Assembly: GCA_963764625.1 (NCBI GenBank)
Contig: CAVXTH010000009.1
Location: 736,001 to 800,000 of the forward strand
Source of the DNA: Candidatus Krumholzibacteriota bacterium
GTDB taxonomy: Bacteria; Krumholzibacteriota; Krumholzibacteriia; JAJRXK01
Reading direction: 5' to 3'
DNA: 64,000 nucleotides
Within the stretch, counting starts at the first letter, position 1. Every line of letters begins with the position of its first letter. Positions 9,987 to 20,433 of the stretch are shown here, in pieces. The notes below the pieces were generated by a model. That model ran no database searches and was not told where the DNA came from. It was given only the letters and a program-made list of their open reading frames with translations. The position numbers were made by a program, and so were the translations under genes.

Positions 9987-11092
9987 AGGACCTCGTATTC
10001 TCTGGCCATCCGCTGCGCCGAGTAGTGTTTGACGATGTGCTGGCGCGCCGCCGAACCCAGGCGCGCTCGGAGTGCTTCGTCGTCGAGCAGGCGCTCCCAC
10101 GCCGCCGCCATGGCCTCGCGGTCGTCCAGTCTCACGCCGAGACCGGTCTTGCGATTCAGGAGCAACTTGTCCACCCCGGGAATCGAGAACGCCACCGCGG
10201 GCAATCCCAGAGCCATGGCTTCCATCATCGAGCGCGGAATTCCCTCACTACGCGAGCTCATGCTGAAGATGTCGCAATGGCGCAGTAAGCTCAGGCGGTC
10301 CTCTCGGTAGCCAAGAAACTCGACGCGCCCTCGCGCGGCCGATGATGCGACCAGTTGCTTCAAGGCCTGGGCCTCAGGGCCTTCGCCCACCAGGAGAAGG
10401 CGCACGCCGTCGCGTCGTTCGCAGAGCTTGGCGAAAGCTTGGATCATGGTATCCAGATTCTTGAGCGGGGTGAGTCTGCCCACGTAGACCAGCAGCCTTT
10501 CGTCCTCGAAGCGCCGCAAGGTGCTCTCGGTGGAAACGGGCCGAAGGAGCTCCGCCTCGATTTCCTCCAAGTCGACCCCATTTTCGATCAGTCGAATCCG
10601 GTGCTGGGGGATCCCCATCCCGCGCAAGGCCTTCTCGAGCTCGAGGGAAAGCGGCGCGACGACATCCGCGCGCTGCAGCGCCCAGCGACCGGCCGTGAAG
10701 TAGAGCCGCATCTTGGGATTGAGTGCCTTCTCGAAGCCGTGGGGCGTGGAGACCACCGTCGTTTCGGCGCGACGACGCGCGAGCACCGCCAAGAGGTCCG
10801 ACTTGTATCCGTGTCCGTGCAGAATGGAGGCATTCAGAGCACAGGCCAACTTGGCGACCGAGCTTGCGGCCCGAGGGTCGAAGCGATGCGCGAGATGGAT
10901 CTCGTGAGTGGAAAGACCGAGCTCGCGACCCCTTTCCAGAATTTCCGGGCTCTCGTCGTTTCCCTCGCGGGTGACTGCGATGTGCACTTCGATCTTGGAC
11001 GGATCGAGATGCCGCGACTGGGCCACCACCCAGCGTTCCGCTCCGTAGTATCCGGTGGGGGAGATCAGATGAAGGACGACGACGGCGGCCAT
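9956..11092 (-). CDS. Glycosyltransferase family 4
   Basis: YGAER, HGYKSD, VGRLTPLK, EGIPRSMMEAMA. Confidence 0.92.
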   Translation of the reverse strand: MAAVVVLHLISPTGYYGAERWVVAQSRHLDPSKIEVHIAVTREGNDESPEILERGRELGLSTHEIHLAHRFDPRAASSVAKLACALNASILHGHGYKSDLLAVLARRRAETTVVSTPHGFEKALNPKMRLYFTAGRWALQRADVVAPLSLELEKALRGMGIPQHRIRLIENGVDLEEIEAELLRPVSTESTLRRFEDERLLVYVGRLTPLKNLDTMIQAFAKLCERRDGVRLLLVGEGPEAQALKQLVASSAARGRVEFLGYREDRLSLLRHCDIFSMSSRSEGIPRSMMEAMALGLPAVAFSIPGVDKLLLNRKTGLGVRLDDREAMAAAWERLLDDEALRARLGSAARQHIVKHYSAQRMAREYEVLYRELGARAT

Positions 11093-11255
11093 GGTTCTTC
11101 TCGGCAGGAGAGTGACGTCTTTCGATTGAGACAAAGGTGGGGTGACCACCTGCCTCGCGAGTTTCCCGTACAGTAGGGTCACTTGCAAAGCAAGTTCCAG
11201 ACTCGAGGTAGAATGGGGCCGGTGCGAGCAGCACTTGTGCGAAGGCTCGGCAAGC

Positions 11256-11271
11256 TGGCATACTTCCCGCT
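11256..11271 (+). promoter_or_regulatory. Putative sigma54 (-24/-12) promoter
   Basis: TGGCATACTTCCCGCT has GG-N10-GC; about 135 bp upstream of the O-antigen ligase gene; palindrome ACTTGC-aaa-GCAAGT at 11181-11195. Confidence 0.5.
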
Positions 11272-11404
11272 GGTCCTCAGGGCTACTCCTTCAGTGTCGC
11301 TTTTCTTGCCCTTTGTGCCCTTACTGTGTGTCGGCCGACTCTTGGTGACGATCAGGCAGGGGGTCGGCTTCGACCAGTGGACACTCGATTCTTCAGAGGT
11401 TGCC

Positions 11405-12862
11405 ATGGTGGATCAGCGCGAGGCTGATGAGTGGAGGCAGAGGCCTGATCTGCGCCGAGCGCACGACGAACAGTTCGAGCGGCACCCACTCGAGCTGGAG
11501 GTCCGCAGCCGCTATTTCGTGAAATGGCGGTCCGTCTTCGTCAGCCTGCTCGTCATCGGGTTCTCCCTGATCAGTGCCTATTTGCTGCTCCACGACAACT
11601 CGCGCTACGCCTTGGGCGCCGTAGTGGTGCTGGGCTTGGGAATCCTGGTGTTCATCAAGCCCCAGGTGGGCTTTTGGGCCTACTACATCATGGCCTTCGC
11701 CCGGCCCAACGAGGTGTTGTGGGGATTCGAGAAGCTACGCATCTCGCTGGGCCTGGCCGTGTTCACCCTAGTGGCGGCCCTGCTTCGGGTGGCGATGTCC
11801 AGGCGCGGGAGTCCTCCCAGGGAGCGTATTCTGCTGATGATGTTGGGGTTCACCATGGTGGTGGCTCTCTCGGCTTTCGTCCACGGGGGCAACTACGAAC
11901 GTCTCATCGACATTGCGAAGATGCTCCTCTTTGCGGCCACCTTCGCGGCATTCATGAACCGCCGGTCCTGGTTCAAGGTGACCATTTGGCTGGTTACGCT
12001 TTCGTTCGCCTACCTCACCTTCTGGGCCCTCATCCAGAAGTATGTCCACGGAGTCTACATGCTCGAAGGTCCCGGCACTTCGGACGCGACGCTCAAGGAC
12101 CGAAACTTCTTCGCGATGCATCTGCTTCTGGCGATTCCGTTCTACTGGTATCTGTCCCAGCGAATCCGCTCGAGATTCTGGAAGCTACCGGCTCTGGGGA
12201 TGATCCCTCTGGCCGTGCTGTGCGTCTTTCTCACTGCGAGCCGTGGGGGGTTGCTGGGTATCGCCACCGCGTTCGGCGTGATCGCCTGGCAGAGTCGTCA
12301 CCGGGTCCCGGCCCTGATTGGGGGGATTGTTCTCTTGGCGGGCTTCTACGTGGTCGCAGCGCCCCAAACCCTGAAAGGGCGCGCCGATACCATTGTGCAC
12401 TACGAAGGCGAGGCCAGCGCGGAAGGACGGATCCATTCGTGGCACGCCGGCACCAAGATGATGCTCGCCAACCCGCTCTTGGGAGTCGGGCCCGCGAAAT
12501 ATGTCTCTGAGTATCGCTTCTACGATTCGAGCAAGCCCCGGCAGGCACACAACATTCTGGTGCAAACCGGAGGCGAATACGGCGTGACCGGACTCGTCTT
12601 TCTCGTCCTCTTTCACATCTTCGTGTTTCGCCGTCTCTTGCTGCTGAAACGCGAATACGGGGGAGACGACCCTCTGGTTGAATCATGGACCAAGACTCTT
12701 CTCGCCAGCCAGGTGGCGTTTTGGGTGACGGCGTTCTTCATCAGCGCGGAACGCTATGAGTTCGGCTGGTTCATCGGCGCCCTGGCCGTCTCTCTCACGC
12801 TCACGATCAAGCGGGAACAGGAAGAGTGGCAGGAGGAGGCCGAGGATGAAATCGAGATCTGA
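11405..12862 (+). CDS. O-antigen ligase / O-glycosylation ligase family (exosortase-associated type)
   Basis: Multi-TM; T.SRGG, DRNFFA, SAEGRIHSW, NPLLGVG, AHN motifs; start uncertain (ORF opens at 11183). Confidence 0.88.
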   Translation: MVDQREADEWRQRPDLRRAHDEQFERHPLELEVRSRYFVKWRSVFVSLLVIGFSLISAYLLLHDNSRYALGAVVVLGLGILVFIKPQVGFWAYYIMAFARPNEVLWGFEKLRISLGLAVFTLVAALLRVAMSRRGSPPRERILLMMLGFTMVVALSAFVHGGNYERLIDIAKMLLFAATFAAFMNRRSWFKVTIWLVTLSFAYLTFWALIQKYVHGVYMLEGPGTSDATLKDRNFFAMHLLLAIPFYWYLSQRIRSRFWKLPALGMIPLAVLCVFLTASRGGLLGIATAFGVIAWQSRHRVPALIGGIVLLAGFYVVAAPQTLKGRADTIVHYEGEASAEGRIHSWHAGTKMMLANPLLGVGPAKYVSEYRFYDSSKPRQAHNILVQTGGEYGVTGLVFLVLFHIFVFRRLLLLKREYGGDDPLVESWTKTLLASQVAFWVTAFFISAERYEFGWFIGALAVSLTLTIKREQEEWQEEAEDEIEI

Positions 12863-13836
12863 TGAGTGACTCAGTACCTTCAAGACCAGTGAACTTGAGC
12901 GTCATCATTCCCGCGTACAACGAAGAGCGGTACCTGCCCGCATGTCTTGATTCCATCGCGAGCAATACACCGAAAAGCGTTTCCGTGGAGTGCGTGGTGG
13001 TGGACAATGGCTCGACGGATCGTACTGCGGCGATCGCGCGTGAGAGGGGGGCCACCGTCCTTCGCTCGCAAGCTTCCACGATCGCGGCGGTGCGCAACGA
13101 AGGCGCGCGTGCCTCTTCCGGTTGCTTTCTCGCGTTCCTCGACGCGGACTGCACGGTAGAAGAAGGATGGGCCGAAGCGATTCAGCGCGCTCTCTCCCTA
13201 GAGGGCGTCGTCGCAGTGGGCAACTACCCGCACGTCGCGCCCTTTGGGACGACTTGGGTGCAACGCACCTGGTCGTACCTCTTGCGCGTTCGAGTACGGC
13301 GCGAACGGGCCCGCTGGCTTCCCTCGGCCAACCTGGCGGTGCGCCGCGAAGTGTTTGAGAGGGTCGGTGGATTCGACGAATCACTGACCACTTGTGAGGA
13401 CGCCGATCTCTCCTACCGTCTCGCACGTCATGGCGTCTTGCTGGATGATCCGGAGGTCATCGTGCTGCACCATCGCGAACCGGCGACGCTTGTGGCCTTC
13501 GTTCGAAAAGAAGTCTGGCATGGTAAAGATACTTACCATCGCATGCGGGCGGGGGGGGTGGTGGCCGATGAAGTCCCGAGTCTGATCATTCCCTTGCTCG
13601 CGCTCTCCTTCGCGCTCTTGCTGGTGGCCGGAGTGCTCTCCCGGCTGCAAGACGGGCGATCCTGGCCTCTTCACCTGGGATGGGTGGGGCTTTTGAGCCT
13701 GCCGGCTCTCCTCAGCGCGCGCGCGATCGCGCGGAAGCGTCCCGGGCTGCGCCGTATCCCGGCAATTTTCGCCCTCTACCTGAGCTACGTTTTTGCACGG
13801 GTGTGCGCGCTGGTGCTGGGCTTCATCGGGCGTTGA
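12862..13836 (+). CDS. Glycosyltransferase family 2 with C-terminal TM helices
   Basis: SVIIPAYNEE, VDNGSTD, FLDAD, GGFDE, EDADL. Confidence 0.93.
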   Translation: MSDSVPSRPVNLSVIIPAYNEERYLPACLDSIASNTPKSVSVECVVVDNGSTDRTAAIARERGATVLRSQASTIAAVRNEGARASSGCFLAFLDADCTVEEGWAEAIQRALSLEGVVAVGNYPHVAPFGTTWVQRTWSYLLRVRVRRERARWLPSANLAVRREVFERVGGFDESLTTCEDADLSYRLARHGVLLDDPEVIVLHHREPATLVAFVRKEVWHGKDTYHRMRAGGVVADEVPSLIIPLLALSFALLLVAGVLSRLQDGRSWPLHLGWVGLLSLPALLSARAIARKRPGLRRIPAIFALYLSYVFARVCALVLGFIGR

Positions 13837-14093
13837 ACCCACAGACAGTCCCGGTCCGGACTTCAAGCCCGGGCGATTGGGCGCGGACGCAGCTCTCACT
13901 TGATCGGCACCCGAACTGCTGTCCTCTGCGCATCCTGCGACGAATGGGAACTGCGGTAGGGCGTTCGGCATTTCCCTCATGAAGAATGGAATAACTTACC
14001 TCTGGATTCCCATGGGGGTTCCTGTTTACCTTGCGTTTCTCAAGCACCCGGCCCCCAATCACCCCACGATGACAACGTGTTTCAAAATTGCGC

Positions 14094-14109
14094 TGGCATA
14101 TTGCGTGCT
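14094..14109 (+). promoter_or_regulatory. Putative sigma54 (-24/-12) promoter
   Basis: TGGCATATTGCGTGCT has GG-N10-GC, in a lower-GC intergenic stretch upstream of the large secreted protein. Confidence 0.55.
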
Positions 14110-14337
14110 CGGTGCGCAGTAACCCGCTTCGCTACTCCGACGCTTCCTCAAGAGGAATCATGAAGTCGAATCGTCGGTTAAAGTTCGCGAAAGCACCTGG
14201 AGACTTCTCCTATTCGATCGAAGAAACGACCAAGCCAACACACCGTACGGGTGCCTGCCCAGCGACTCAACAGGACACCTAGTGACCAAGGCGCGAAATC
14301 AACACCCCGTCAAGACACCAAGATGCGAAGGTACAAC

Positions 14338-17300
14338 ATGAATATGAGCTTGCGGCGCTGGCTAATCGGTCTCTCCCTCGTGGTCTTTCCTACCTCTTCC
14401 TTCGCCCTGACGGTGCCCTTGACGGTACGCAACGAACTGGCGGTGCCACGTGAGGGCGCGACCCTGGAGATCGGCGTTCCCTTCGCCGAGGGAGAGATCT
14501 CATCTCCCGATCAGCTCGGAATCACCGGGCCCAACGGCGCGGTGAATCCCTTGCAGGCGCGGACCCTCAACACTTGGTGGGACGGTTCACCGCGCTGGGT
14601 TCTTCTCACGCTGCCGGTCGACGTTTCGGCGCGAGGAACGAGTGTCTACAATCTGAATGACAGTGGAAATGCGAACGGTCCGAGCGCGCTCGTGGCGACC
14701 GACAACGGCACCACGATCACGGTGGAAACCGGTGTGCTGCGATTCACCGTGGACAAGACCAGCTTTCACATTCTCGAGACCGCGGCCATCGACACCGACG
14801 GTGATGGCACTTACGACCTGAATGTTCTTCGTCCCGGCCAGTCCGCTGGACTGGTCGTGGATGGTAGCGATGGCGAAACCTACACCGCCGCCGCCGCCGC
14901 CCCCACCGTGGCCAAGATCGAAGCGCAGGGCCCTCAGAGTGTGACTCTCTTGTTCAAGGGAAGGCTGCGCAGCGAGACCTCCAGCAGTGAAATCCTGGAG
15001 TACGTCACGCACATCACCGCCACGCTGGGCAGCGCCGAGCTGCGCATTCAGCAAACTCTGCACAACTGGCGCGCGGGGTCGATCGATTACCGCGGCGACG
15101 GTTCGGTGGCGTTCTCAGACGCCCGCATTGAACTCGCGACGCCCTTTACCAACGGTTCCTTGAAGGTGGGTTCGGACGACGGTACCTCGCCCATGACGGT
15201 TTCGCTCGCGAGCGGGCAACGCGGCTACATCCACCAGGATAGCAGCGGCTTCTCCACCTGGAACAAGTGGACCGGCCTCAAACACAATAGCTACCGCGGA
15301 TGGCGGTTCTACGCCGGCAATAGTGGGAGCGAGTCGATGGTGGGGAGCGGGGACCAGGCCGAGGGTTGGATGGAGGTTCGCAACGGGCAGAACGGTGTCG
15401 CGTTCGGCATCGACGAGTTTTGGCAGAACTACCCCAACGGTCTGGTCGCGCAGGCGGACGGAAGCATTCGCGCCGAGTTCTTCAGCGAGTTCCAGAGCGG
15501 GGACCATTCGATTCGTCCGGGCGAGCAGAAGACCCATCGAGTTCGCGTCGATTTCTTCTCCGACGGTGGGCAGCAGACGCAGGCGCGCATTCTCTCTGCG
15601 CTCAATCCCATGATCGCCCTCGCTCCGCCGGACTATTATCTGGGCACCGGATGCTTCCGGCGAACCGTTTCCGTGGCGGATTCTCCCTCGCCCGACTACG
15701 AGCTCTACGAACGCGCGGGTCTGTACGGAGGAATTGGCTGGCGCTCCGACGATGCTGCGGCGTCCGCCGCGGGGAACATCGAGTTCGACGACTGCTACGG
15801 CTGGTGGGACTATGGCGATTTCTTTGCGGAGTACGAGCACCAAGGGGATCGGGCCAATCTGGAGAACGACTACACCTATGGAATGATTCTGCAGATGGTG
15901 CGTTCCGGGAACCCCGACTGGTGGACTTTTATTCAGCCCGGTGCGCGTCACTTGGCTGACATCGACATCTATCATACCCAGGGCGACCTCGGTTGGCGCA
16001 ACGGAGGGTTCTTCACCCACGATCGCACCGGCTCGCACAAACACCGCACCGACTATCCGCAGCCCGGCCACTACAACGCGCAGGGCATGTTCTACTACTG
16101 GTACTTGACCGGTGATCCCGTCGTTTTCGACTCCGCGATCGAAGTGGCGGACAACACGGCCTGGAGGTTGGCGAACGACCCCGTCGGCGGCGGCTACAGC
16201 GAGGTCAGGACCGACGGTGAGGTACGCGCCGCGGCCTGGTTCCTCAACATCTCCTACGAGGCATGGCGCGCGACCGGAGAGCAGAAGTACCTCGATGCCG
16301 CCCTGGACGTCATGCGGCGCACCAACGCGGCCGATCGATGCTGGATCAATGGTGGAGCTCCGTGCTCGGAGAGTAACTTCGATCCCTCGTGGCAGAGCCA
16401 GGTCTCGGTCTGGCAGGTGGGGATGCTCATGGGCAATCTGGGCGAATTCCTCGAGGAACGAAAACGCCAGCTGGGTGCACCCGATGCGCAAGGCGTGGAG
16501 TCACTCCACACCTACGGGAATTGGCTGCAAAATTATTGCTGGGTTCCCGCATCGTCACGCTGGGCGTATTCCTTCGACTACACGGGGATGCGTTGGGGGT
16601 CGCCGACGCCGGACTCAATCTGCGAGTGGACGAAGGGCTGAGCTACGCCTATTGGCTGACCGGCGATTCCAGTATGTTGCAGCACGTCGCCACGGACTGG
16701 GCCACCGCGACCACCGATCCCTGGTTCGATGGGAGTGGAATCACCTACTCGAACATGAAGAACCAGGCAGTGGGCGCGCGCAACGGCGGCGCCTATTTGC
16801 AGTATCTGGTGTCACAGGGCTCGACAAACGAGAATTGCCTCGGGCTTCTGAGTTCGACGCCTGACGCGGGACAGACTTACGATCCCAGTTCCGGCGGTGT
16901 CCTTCTCCTCTTCTCGGAGGATCTCGACCCCAGTTCCCTTAGCGGCGCCATCGCCGTCGAGGGAAGCTCTACTGGTTCATTTACGGTCGACACTCAACTG
17001 AGCTCGACGGTCGTCGGTGTCACCCTGAGCCCGGTTCCACAAGCGGGGGAGACCGTCACCTTCACTCTGAGCGGGGATCTCAGCAGTCAGGCCGGTCACC
17101 TCTTAGACGGCAATGGGGATGGCTCCTGTGGCGATCCGGCCACCTTCATGCTCACGGCTGGCGGGAGCTCCGGACCCGATCAGACCCCACCCGATGCGAT
17201 CGACGATTTGCAGCTGAGTTTCGATCCCAGCGATGGCTCGGCCAAGCTGCAGTGGTCAGCTCCCGCGGACCAGGGGCCGGCCGGGATGCCGTCGACGATC

Positions 17301-18866
17301 GAGATTCGCTACGCCACCGCCGACCCCGCCTCCGGTTTCGATTGGTCCACGGCGAGCGCCATCCCGAATCCCCCCGCTCCGGAGGTTCCGGGGAGCGTGC
17401 AGCAGGTGAATCTGGGCACCATCGACGCCAGTGACGGCGCGCTGCGGATCGCGATCCGTAGCACCGATGCGGCGGGGAACATCTCAGTCGTGAGCAACGT
17501 GGCCGAGGATACGGTCGGCCCCAGAGTCGTCCATCAGGGATTCGGAAGCGTTCTGGTGGAGGAAGGGAAAGCCGCGACGATTCAGATCTGGATCAGCGAC
17601 GCGGCCACCGGACACGCGGAGGTGACGAACGCCAGACTGTCGTTCGATTCCCAGCAGCCTTGGCAGGGCGAAGTAGTTCCTCTCGAGCATTCGGCGGGAC
17701 TCACGAACGACAACGGCCTGGCCTACTACACGGTGGACGCATCCAATTGGTCCGCGGGTCAGACCCATACTCTCAAGGTCGAGGGTCTCGACATGGCGGC
17801 GAACTGGAGCCCGACTCCGGCCTCGATCACGATCGAGGTGGTTTCGGCCAACACGAACGCCAGTTGCATGACGATGTATCAGAGCGAGCCGGTCGACGGA
17901 GCGCAGATCCCCCGCTTCACCGGGGTCGTCCTGCGCTTCGATCAGGTGGTCGATCCCGCGAGCATCGATCCCACCGGATTTGCGCTCAGCTTCTCCCCGG
18001 CCGCGGGTGGTTCGGTCGACTATCCGGTCAGCCTCAGCGCGGTGTCGCCGAGCGAGCTGAAAGTGACGACTGCGAATCCGCCGAGCGAGGTCGGTACCTT
18101 CACGCTCAGCGTCGATCCGGATCTTCAGAGCAGTTCCGGCGCCCCCTTGGGTTCGGGAGGCAACTGCGATCCGCTCTCGGCGCTCAGCTTGACGCTCGAT
18201 CCCAACATGACGCCCTCCGGCTGTCTCCACATCGTCAGTACCACGCCGGAGGCGGGCAGCTCGTCCCCGAGCATCAGCCAGATCGTCCTCGATTTCGACG
18301 CGCCGGTTTTGACGGGCAGCGTAACGTCGAGCAGTTTCACTCTCGAATCAGTCGGTGGGCAGATTCAGGCCAAGGCGCTGAGCCTGTCGCAACAGTGGGT
18401 TAGCGACACCCAGCTTCGCCTGGTCTTGGATACGACCATTTCCGAGCCGGCCACGCTGCGCCTCAACTTCGGCGACGGGATCCTCTCGCAATCCGGATCA
18501 CCCCTGGGCGACGTGGAGAATTGCAACTCTCTGCAGCCGCTCGAGTTCGAGATCCAGGGCGGTTCCGTAGACGTTCCGGCCGGCTCGGATCTGGACAACA
18601 TCGCCCGCGTCGGCTCCATCTCCGTCTCGGGATACCAGGTCGTGTTCAGCGAGCTGCAACCGGGCGGCACCCTGCGGATCTACGATACCGGCGGACATCT
18701 CCTGTACGAGACTGGAATCGACTCGGACACGCTCACCCTGGACACGCAGATCCTGGGGAAGTTTGCGGACAAGCAACTCATCATCCTCTATCGGGACAAG
18801 AAACAGCACATTCTCGTCGGCCGTGACGTGGAAGCCTACCGTTCCTACATCGGGAACATCGAGTAG
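14338..18866 (+). CDS. Large secreted protein (~1500 aa): PcRGLX/YetA-like (PL26-related) domain, SbsA/Big_5 Ig domains, FN3-like domain and T9SS/FlgD-like tail; frameshift near 16595
   Basis: Signal peptide ...FPTSSFA; GVPFAEG...WWDGSPRW; YGWWDYGD; WYLTGD repeated as YWLTGD in the second frame; ORFs 14251..16641 and 16389..18866 join if the G5 run at 16595-16599 is G6. Confidence 0.75.
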
Positions 18867-18893
18867 AGGGAAAACTGGTTTCTTCACCGAGCG

Positions 18894-18921
18894 AAGGGCG
18901 CCCTCCTGGGCGCCCTTTTCT
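18894..18921 (+). terminator. Intrinsic terminator between convergent genes
   Basis: AAGGGCGCCC-tcct-GGGCGCCCTT followed by TTCT. Confidence 0.8.
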
Positions 18922-18944
18922 CGTTCGTGGCCTGTGAACTCGAA

Positions 18945-20201
18945 TCAGGGCTCGAGACGAAACTGCATTTTCTGACCCGCCGGATCCACAAGCTCCAGAA
19001 CGATGGGCCCCGTCTCGCCGTGGCTTTGCAGATAGGCGTCCATCACGCTCTGCAGGTCGAAGGTCAGAGAACGCTCGAACCACGCGTCACAGAGCTCGCC
19101 TCGGTCGTCGTGCGTGAGGCGCAGCCAGGTGTGCGCTTCCCCAGACTCCATGGTGAAGGGCAGACCGGCGAAGAGCGCGAGTTCATGGTCGATCGAACAT
19201 CCGCTGAAGCCCACCCGCAAGGTCAAGAGCTTCCCTTCGATCGTTCCAGCCAAGAGTGCATAAAAGTCCTGCGGCATGAGCGAATCCGGCGGGGCTTCGG
19301 TGAGGTGGGTGGGCCACGGGGTGCCTGGACAGGGGCCGGGCATCGCGCCGAAATCCACCTGATCCAATGGCAGTGGTTTCCCGTCGGGGTCGGGGGTGAG
19401 AAGGACCTGGCGGATGCGTGGCGTGGTGTAACACATGGGGCAGCCCCTAAGGCTCGCCACGCAAGCCAAGCTGCTTTCCAGCTGCACTTGATAGAGCCCC
19501 GGCTCGGTCACGGAAAGGCGATAGAAACCCATCTCGTTGGGCATGGCCTCGAGCTGCTGCCCGCTGGGTGAAAGCGCTCGAATGAGCGCGCCCTCCAGCG
19601 GACCCTCGTTGCGCTGTCGTGTGCCATCGTAATTCGAGTCGTGAAACGTCGTCCCGGAAATGGACGAGCCGGCGGCGAGACCGAACGCCGCACGCGCCAC
19701 GAACGAAAAGCTCGCAAGGCCTGGGTCGTGAAGGATCCAGGTGTGTGACTGCGAGCTCTCGCCGGCCAGCAGCACTCCACCGCTGCCGAGCAGATTGGAG
19801 TAGTCGAATCCGTAAATTCCCGGGTCGATCGGCCCGACATAGGGAGGAATGATGTCGGGATTTTGAACCGTCACTCCAATGGGGGTGAATTGCTGGACCC
19901 AGATGATGGCTGGGGGATAGAGGGGCTGCCCGCTCTGGTTCACCACCGCGACGTCGATGCGCAGGGTGGAAGTTTGCGCATCGAGCTGGAGATTCGAACC
20001 CCGCAGGTCGACGGCCAACGGGGGGTTGCCCGGCTCCTGGATGCGGCTGAGCAAGAATGAATTGTCGAGGGGATCGAAGCTGCCGTCGAACGAAGCTTCG
20101 TTAGCGGAGGGAGGTGTAGGGGCAGTCGAGTCGCCACAGGCGCAGAGGAACGCGCCCCAGAGCGTACAGAGGACGAAAAGGCGGACCGATTTCGTGCGCA
20201 T
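18945..20201 (-). CDS. Lipoprotein with SdrD-B-like domain
   Basis: Lipobox FLCAC; SISGTTFHDSNYDG..EGPLEG and DQVDFG are typical of SdrD-B; C-terminal GFSGC...LTHD..GELCDA domain. Confidence 0.7.
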   Translation of the reverse strand: MRTKSVRLFVLCTLWGAFLCACGDSTAPTPPSANEASFDGSFDPLDNSFLLSRIQEPGNPPLAVDLRGSNLQLDAQTSTLRIDVAVVNQSGQPLYPPAIIWVQQFTPIGVTVQNPDIIPPYVGPIDPGIYGFDYSNLLGSGGVLLAGESSQSHTWILHDPGLASFSFVARAAFGLAAGSSISGTTFHDSNYDGTRQRNEGPLEGALIRALSPSGQQLEAMPNEMGFYRLSVTEPGLYQVQLESSLACVASLRGCPMCYTTPRIRQVLLTPDPDGKPLPLDQVDFGAMPGPCPGTPWPTHLTEAPPDSLMPQDFYALLAGTIEGKLLTLRVGFSGCSIDHELALFAGLPFTMESGEAHTWLRLTHDDRGELCDAWFERSLTFDLQSVMDAYLQSHGETGPIVLELVDPAGQKMQFRLEP

Positions 20202-20433
20202 GGCCTAGCTCCCGGATGAAAGAGGACGAGGGGCGATCCGAGCGCAATTCGATGCAGGACACCGTGTAGATTGGCCGTGGAATCAATCTACCAAATCCAG
20301 GCGCATAATTCCAGTTCCGCGGCCTCGATGCATCCTTCACGGGGGAAAATGCGTAGGCTCCTCGGGCTAAGTGTATTAGCCTCTTTCGGTTCGATTTGAA
20401 CGACAGGACTCAGGTCCGCGAGTACTACGGAGG

